Positions 16,585-20,000 of a DNA stretch of 20,000 nt are shown here, piece after piece. Source of the DNA: an uncultured virus (IMG/VR IMGVR_UViG_3300021599_002354) (lineage: Duplodnaviria > Heunggongvirae > Uroviricota > Caudoviricetes); IMG/VR virus record IMGVR_UViG_3300021599_002354. One strand, given 5' to 3'. The notes beneath the pieces are model-generated. The model did no database searches and was not told the DNA's origin. It worked only from the letters and a program-made list of their open reading frames with translations. The translations under genes and the position numbers were made by a program. Positions within the stretch are counted from its first letter, which is position 1. Every line of letters starts with the position of its first letter.

Positions 16585-17121
16585 TTACTCATCGTATAAT
16601 GTATTCAAATCACTATTTTTTAAAAACCGACCTTTATTTAGTTTTTGTAAAGAAGATGTAATTTTTTCTAATTCAGTTTTTAAATCCTGATTTTCTTTCA
16701 TTAATTTTTCTAATTCTTTTGTGTTTGTGACTTCTTTTTGTACCTCAACAATTTTTTCAACAGGTACTTCTTTTATTACTTCTTTAATCACAATTTTTGT
16801 ATCGCCTTTAATTTCAATTGGAACTTCTTTAACAACCTCAACAATTTTTTCAACAGGTACTTCTTTTATTACTTCTACGATTTTTTCTACCGGTACCTCT
16901 TTAATCACCTCAATAATCTTTTCAACTTCAATTTCTTTGATTACTTCTTTTTCAACTACTTTTTCTTTGCCTCTGGCAATTTTTGGTGTTTCACCATATT
17001 TTATAATAGAAAATCCTTTAGAAAAGATTTCTTTGGCAAGTTTATCAATATCTGAAATTTTATTTAATTCACAATATTGTAAAAATTCATCATCCAATAT
17101 TAAGGAGGTTTTCTTTTTCAT
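16585..17121 (-). CDS. KEVPVEKIVEV-repeat protein with C-terminal coiled coil
   Basis: Tandem 12-aa units EVIKEVPVEKIV; ATG at 17121 preferred over TTG at 17127. Confidence 0.8.
   Translation of the reverse strand: MKKKTSLILDDEFLQYCELNKISDIDKLAKEIFSKGFSIIKYGETPKIARGKEKVVEKEVIKEIEVEKIIEVIKEVPVEKIVEVIKEVPVEKIVEVVKEVPIEIKGDTKIVIKEVIKEVPVEKIVEVQKEVTNTKELEKLMKENQDLKTELEKITSSLQKLNKGRFLKNSDLNTLYDE
16742..16876. repeat. Identical 42-nt direct repeat within a coding 36-nt-period repeat tract
   Basis: acctcaacaattttttcaacaggtacttcttttattacttct at 16742-16783 and 16835-16876; degenerate copies continue to about 16960. Confidence 0.85.
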
Positions 17122-17896
17122 TTTCAATGTCTCTTATATCATTTATCGAAAAATGAAGAAATGGTTGTTCATTTTTCAAATCGTGAAACGTATATTCATC
17201 AGTTTCAACATTATATGTACCATAACCATGATGTTTAATTGTTTCACCAAAATTTTGTTGGATTAATGAACCAATCATAACCGCCTTTCCACCATTAGGT
17301 AATTTAAACATTTGTCTTTTGTGTATATCACCACACAGTAATAAATCTAAGTTGATAAAATTAAGTCTATCATAACCATCTTCGAATTGAAAACCTATAT
17401 CTGTTGACATTCCTTGAATCACCCCATGAAATAAACCAACATATAACATATCTTCTTCTTTTTCAAACTGTGGTCTTTCATTATGTTGATATAATGAATA
17501 AACAACCCAATTAATATTTTCATCTTCATATACACCACTATCTTTATAATATTTAATCTCATCACGATTCAACAACTCTACTATTGGTGTGATACTGTCC
17601 ATTCTTTGAGTATTGTTTTCAAGAAAATCATGATTACCAGGTATGATAATAACTCTTCCGATATGATCAACAAGTTGAGTAATAAACCAAGATGTTAGCA
17701 TCATTTGCTCATTAGAGATGTTGATTTTCTGATGTGCTAAATCACCAACAATTACAACTCTCACCTCTTCATAGTCATAACCTTTAATTTCTTTTTTTAA
17801 ATTCTCAATAAGAATTTCAAATTGTTTTTTATATAGATCGTGTAACTGAAATGTTCTGATATGTATATCAGCGATATGTATAAGTTTTTTTACCAT
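17090..17896 (-). CDS. SbcD/Mre11/gp47-like metallophosphoesterase nuclease
   Basis: Motifs ADIH, GDLAH, GNHD, FHG, GDIH, GSLIQQNFGE; close to the SbcC-like gene. Confidence 0.9.
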   Translation of the reverse strand: MVKKLIHIADIHIRTFQLHDLYKKQFEILIENLKKEIKGYDYEEVRVVIVGDLAHQKINISNEQMMLTSWFITQLVDHIGRVIIIPGNHDFLENNTQRMDSITPIVELLNRDEIKYYKDSGVYEDENINWVVYSLYQHNERPQFEKEEDMLYVGLFHGVIQGMSTDIGFQFEDGYDRLNFINLDLLLCGDIHKRQMFKLPNGGKAVMIGSLIQQNFGETIKHHGYGTYNVETDEYTFHDLKNEQPFLHFSINDIRDIENEKENLLNIG

Positions 17897-18749
17897 AATT
17901 TATATATTTTGTCATATCCAAGTTCATAACTTTATTAATTACATCTGGTGGTACTTTATATTCTTGATGTGTTCCATCATCTTTTAATAACACAATTACA
18001 CAACCTAATAATTTTAAATTTTCATATTTTGTGCCTTTCAACATTTTAATCAATAATCTTGCATACAATGGTAATTGTAAATAATAATGACCTAACGCAG
18101 TATCATGATAGTTTTGAAATGGATCGTACATTTTACCGGTGTAATGTTGGATTTCAAAGTTTTTTGGTTGATTTGTTTTCCAATCGGTAACAACTAAACC
18201 AAAATCTGTATTATCCTTATTCATCATTAACCAACACTTGTCAGGTTGTCCTGTATAACCAAGTTCATTATCGCCAAGTATTGCCTCTGTATCGAGAAGT
18301 ATTGCACCTCTTTGTTCCATAATATTTAAAAATTCGGTTCCCGCTTTTATCATCTCATTACTTCTATTTGTTTGTGTTTCATCACATTCAAATATTGGTT
18401 GCCTAACATCTTTATAATTACCATTTCTTGCTATCGCCTCCATTTCAAGTTCAAAGTGTACTCTACTTCCCATATTAGTTGCATAGGAACCAGCTTGTCT
18501 CCATTGTTCTTGTAATTGTGCTGCAGCTTCAGGATCACCATTAGACATTCTGAGAGCAGTACCTTCAGCATCAAATGGTTTGAAAAACTTTTTTATAACC
18601 TTAGAAACTGATGGAAATGTTTTTCTTAATACACCTTCCGTGTCTCTCATGTAATAGATATGTTCTTCTTCAACAAATGAGATATCTAATTCTTTTCTTC
18701 TGTTTTCTAATAATTCATTAATTTCTTTAGAAATTTCTTTTAAATTCAT
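17868..18749 (-). CDS. PD-(D/E)XK superfamily exonuclease
   Basis: PSVSKVI, GSRVH..LE, GQPD, DWKT, Y.LQL.LY motifs of RecB-like phage nucleases. Confidence 0.85.
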   Translation of the reverse strand: MNLKEISKEINELLENRRKELDISFVEEEHIYYMRDTEGVLRKTFPSVSKVIKKFFKPFDAEGTALRMSNGDPEAAAQLQEQWRQAGSYATNMGSRVHFELEMEAIARNGNYKDVRQPIFECDETQTNRSNEMIKAGTEFLNIMEQRGAILLDTEAILGDNELGYTGQPDKCWLMMNKDNTDFGLVVTDWKTNQPKNFEIQHYTGKMYDPFQNYHDTALGHYYLQLPLYARLLIKMLKGTKYENLKLLGCVIVLLKDDGTHQEYKVPPDVINKVMNLDMTKYINYGKKTYTYR

Positions 18750-19687
18750 TAATCTAACTGTTTAATTTTATAATTACTCAGATCTCCTTTGAGGTCTGCT
18801 ATATCTTTATTTCCCTCCAATTTTATAGTATACACTTTACCCATAAGTTTACCACAATTTAATTTATGATATAATTTTTCTGCATCAAACCAAGCATCGG
18901 GATCCAAAACAATTACCACATCTTTTTTAACATTATCATAAATTTTATCAAATAAGTGTTGTGACATAAATTTACCTAACATAGGGATAGAATTAGGTAA
19001 GAAAATACTATCGAAAGCACCCTCAACAATATATATTCTTTCATTCCAATCAATTAAATGTTCATTCCAAATTATTATTTCTTTTTGTACCTCAGGATTT
19101 TTATACTTTAATTTTGTTTTAGATAAAAATGACCTTGCAACAAAATAGTTTAAATTTTTTTCAGTATCATATGAAGGAATTATAATCCTATTTTCATATA
19201 GACCACTTAAACAAAAACCAATATTATATTTTTTTATAATTTCATCTGTTATGTTTCTATTTTTAATATAATTTAACGCTTGTTTATATTGTGGTAACAA
19301 TTTAACTCCTTGTGACACTTCATTGAATGATACAAATTCTTTTGGTAGATAAATCCTTTTGTATATTCTTTTGTTTTCTTCGACCTCATCCGGTAATAAT
19401 AGTTCGAATTTTTTTATTTGTTTTTTATTACCGTATTTTTTAACAAATTTATATAATGATCCATGTGTATCATGTGATTCTGCACAAGACCAACATTTGT
19501 AAACTCTTAATTTATAGTTTATTTCTAAGTTACCTTTACCGTCTCCACTATCTAATCCTTTAATTTCATATGAACACACGGGACAATCAAAAGAAATTTG
19601 GCACTTATAATCATTGTGTAATTTATAATCACCAAGAATTTCTTCTAAGATATCTATTATGGGTTCATAATTTAAATCATTAGACAT
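18749..19687 (-). CDS. DNA primase (Zn finger + TOPRIM)
   Basis: CPVC...CWSC Zn ribbon, Y...RNI, RIIIP, KYKNP, TOPRIM IVEGAFD and LDPDA. ATG at 19687 preferred because the ORF-track extension runs through a terminator. Confidence 0.92.
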   Translation of the reverse strand: MSNDLNYEPIIDILEEILGDYKLHNDYKCQISFDCPVCSYEIKGLDSGDGKGNLEINYKLRVYKCWSCAESHDTHGSLYKFVKKYGNKKQIKKFELLLPDEVEENKRIYKRIYLPKEFVSFNEVSQGVKLLPQYKQALNYIKNRNITDEIIKKYNIGFCLSGLYENRIIIPSYDTEKNLNYFVARSFLSKTKLKYKNPEVQKEIIIWNEHLIDWNERIYIVEGAFDSIFLPNSIPMLGKFMSQHLFDKIYDNVKKDVVIVLDPDAWFDAEKLYHKLNCGKLMGKVYTIKLEGNKDIADLKGDLSNYKIKQLD

Positions 19688-19714
19688 GAATAAAATATAA
19701 GAAAAAAAAGTTGT

Positions 19715-19747
19715 AAAAAAAATGGGGGAGAACACCACCTCTCCCCC
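19715..19747 (-). terminator. Intrinsic terminator
   Basis: Minus strand GGGGGAGA-ggtggtgt-TCTCCCCC-A-TTTTTTTT: 8-bp GC-rich stem plus T8. Confidence 0.85.
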
Positions 19748-19792
19748 TACCAACTAAACGCAGATTTTAACATCTACGTCCCGTCTCCATTA
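19715..19792 (-). ncRNA. Candidate small structured RNA
   Basis: ATATTTAT motif at 19793-19800, then a GC-rich stretch with hairpin ACGTAGAT-gttaaa-ATCTGCGT and the terminator hairpin. Confidence 0.4.
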
Positions 19793-19827
19793 ATAAATAT
19801 AATATAATAATTTTCAGATAAGAAATC

Positions 19828-20000
19828 TTAGTTGCCGGATTTATCTGATTTCAACATATTAACGAATCCAATAACCGCAGTTGCGGCGTCCGCCATGTCG
19901 TAATTTTCTTTTTTTAAATGCATCCGCCTTTTTTAATAGTTCCTCAATTTTATCTTCTGGTTGCGGTTTTATCTTTGGTGAAAAGTGAGTTAATTCTAAT
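19828..20000 (-). pseudogene. Disrupted RuvC-like resolvase: N-terminal-type segment joined out of frame to the C-terminal segment
   Basis: Frame A (from 19999) LELTHFSPKIKPQPEDKIEELLKKADAFKK then non-protein-like residues and a stop at 19859. Frame B LKKENYDMADAATAVIGFVNMLKSDKSGN* carries the RuvC-type DxxDA motif but is closed by TAA at 19933-19935. Confidence 0.55.

Noticed and set aside
16742..16960. 36-nt periodic repeats as a possible CRISPR array
   Set aside because: Repeats are in-frame, contiguous, vary at synonymous positions and have no unique spacers; no cas genes in the window
16721..17266. Plus-strand ORFs with Thr/Ser/Ile/Phe or Phe/Asn repeats
   Set aside because: Reverse-complement read-outs of the KEVPVEKIV repeat
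17868..18749. Cas4 assignment for the PD-(D/E)XK nuclease
   Set aside because: Lacks the C-terminal three-Cys cluster for the Fe-S site and has no CRISPR context
19688..19753. 22-aa N-terminal extension of the primase in the ORF track
   Set aside because: TTG start that runs through the terminator hairpin and T-tracts; the ATG at 19687 is more plausible
1..20000. Stop-codon reassignment (alternative genetic code) as seen in some large phages
   Set aside because: Long conserved genes translate intact with code 11, and the two breaks found are frame changes, not in-frame stops
1..20000. tRNA, rRNA, introns, inteins or mobile elements
   Set aside because: Intergenic gaps are short with no cloverleaf seen, and the conserved enzymes show no insertions or transposase/integrase motifs

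Overview
AT-rich, densely coded, mostly minus-strand segment that reads as part of a large (jumbo/huge) tailed-phage genome with a probable Bacteroidota host. Host clues are the Bacteroidota-type sigma factor, ClpP, Hc1 and DUF6576-like genes, a TAnnTTTG/TTTG promoter, and A/T-rich starts lacking an obvious Shine-Dalgarno. The window holds a replication/recombination block (primase, PD-(D/E)XK nuclease, SbcD/SbcC-like pair, DEDDh exonuclease, a broken RuvC-like gene at the right edge). It also holds host-like regulatory genes (nusG, sigma-70, clpP, Hc1, adenine methylase), a cluster of membrane/coiled-coil proteins beside a degenerate amidase, and acidic, probably virion-associated proteins. 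Features missed by the ORF track: nusG at 1-438, a 50-aa CxxC membrane protein at 1801-1953, an 82-codon -1 frame continuation behind an A11 tract at 8019-8029 (candidate programmed frameshift), a strand-following ATATTTAT motif near six gene starts, and a candidate ~75-nt structured RNA at 19715-19792. All family calls come from motif recognition, not database searches.
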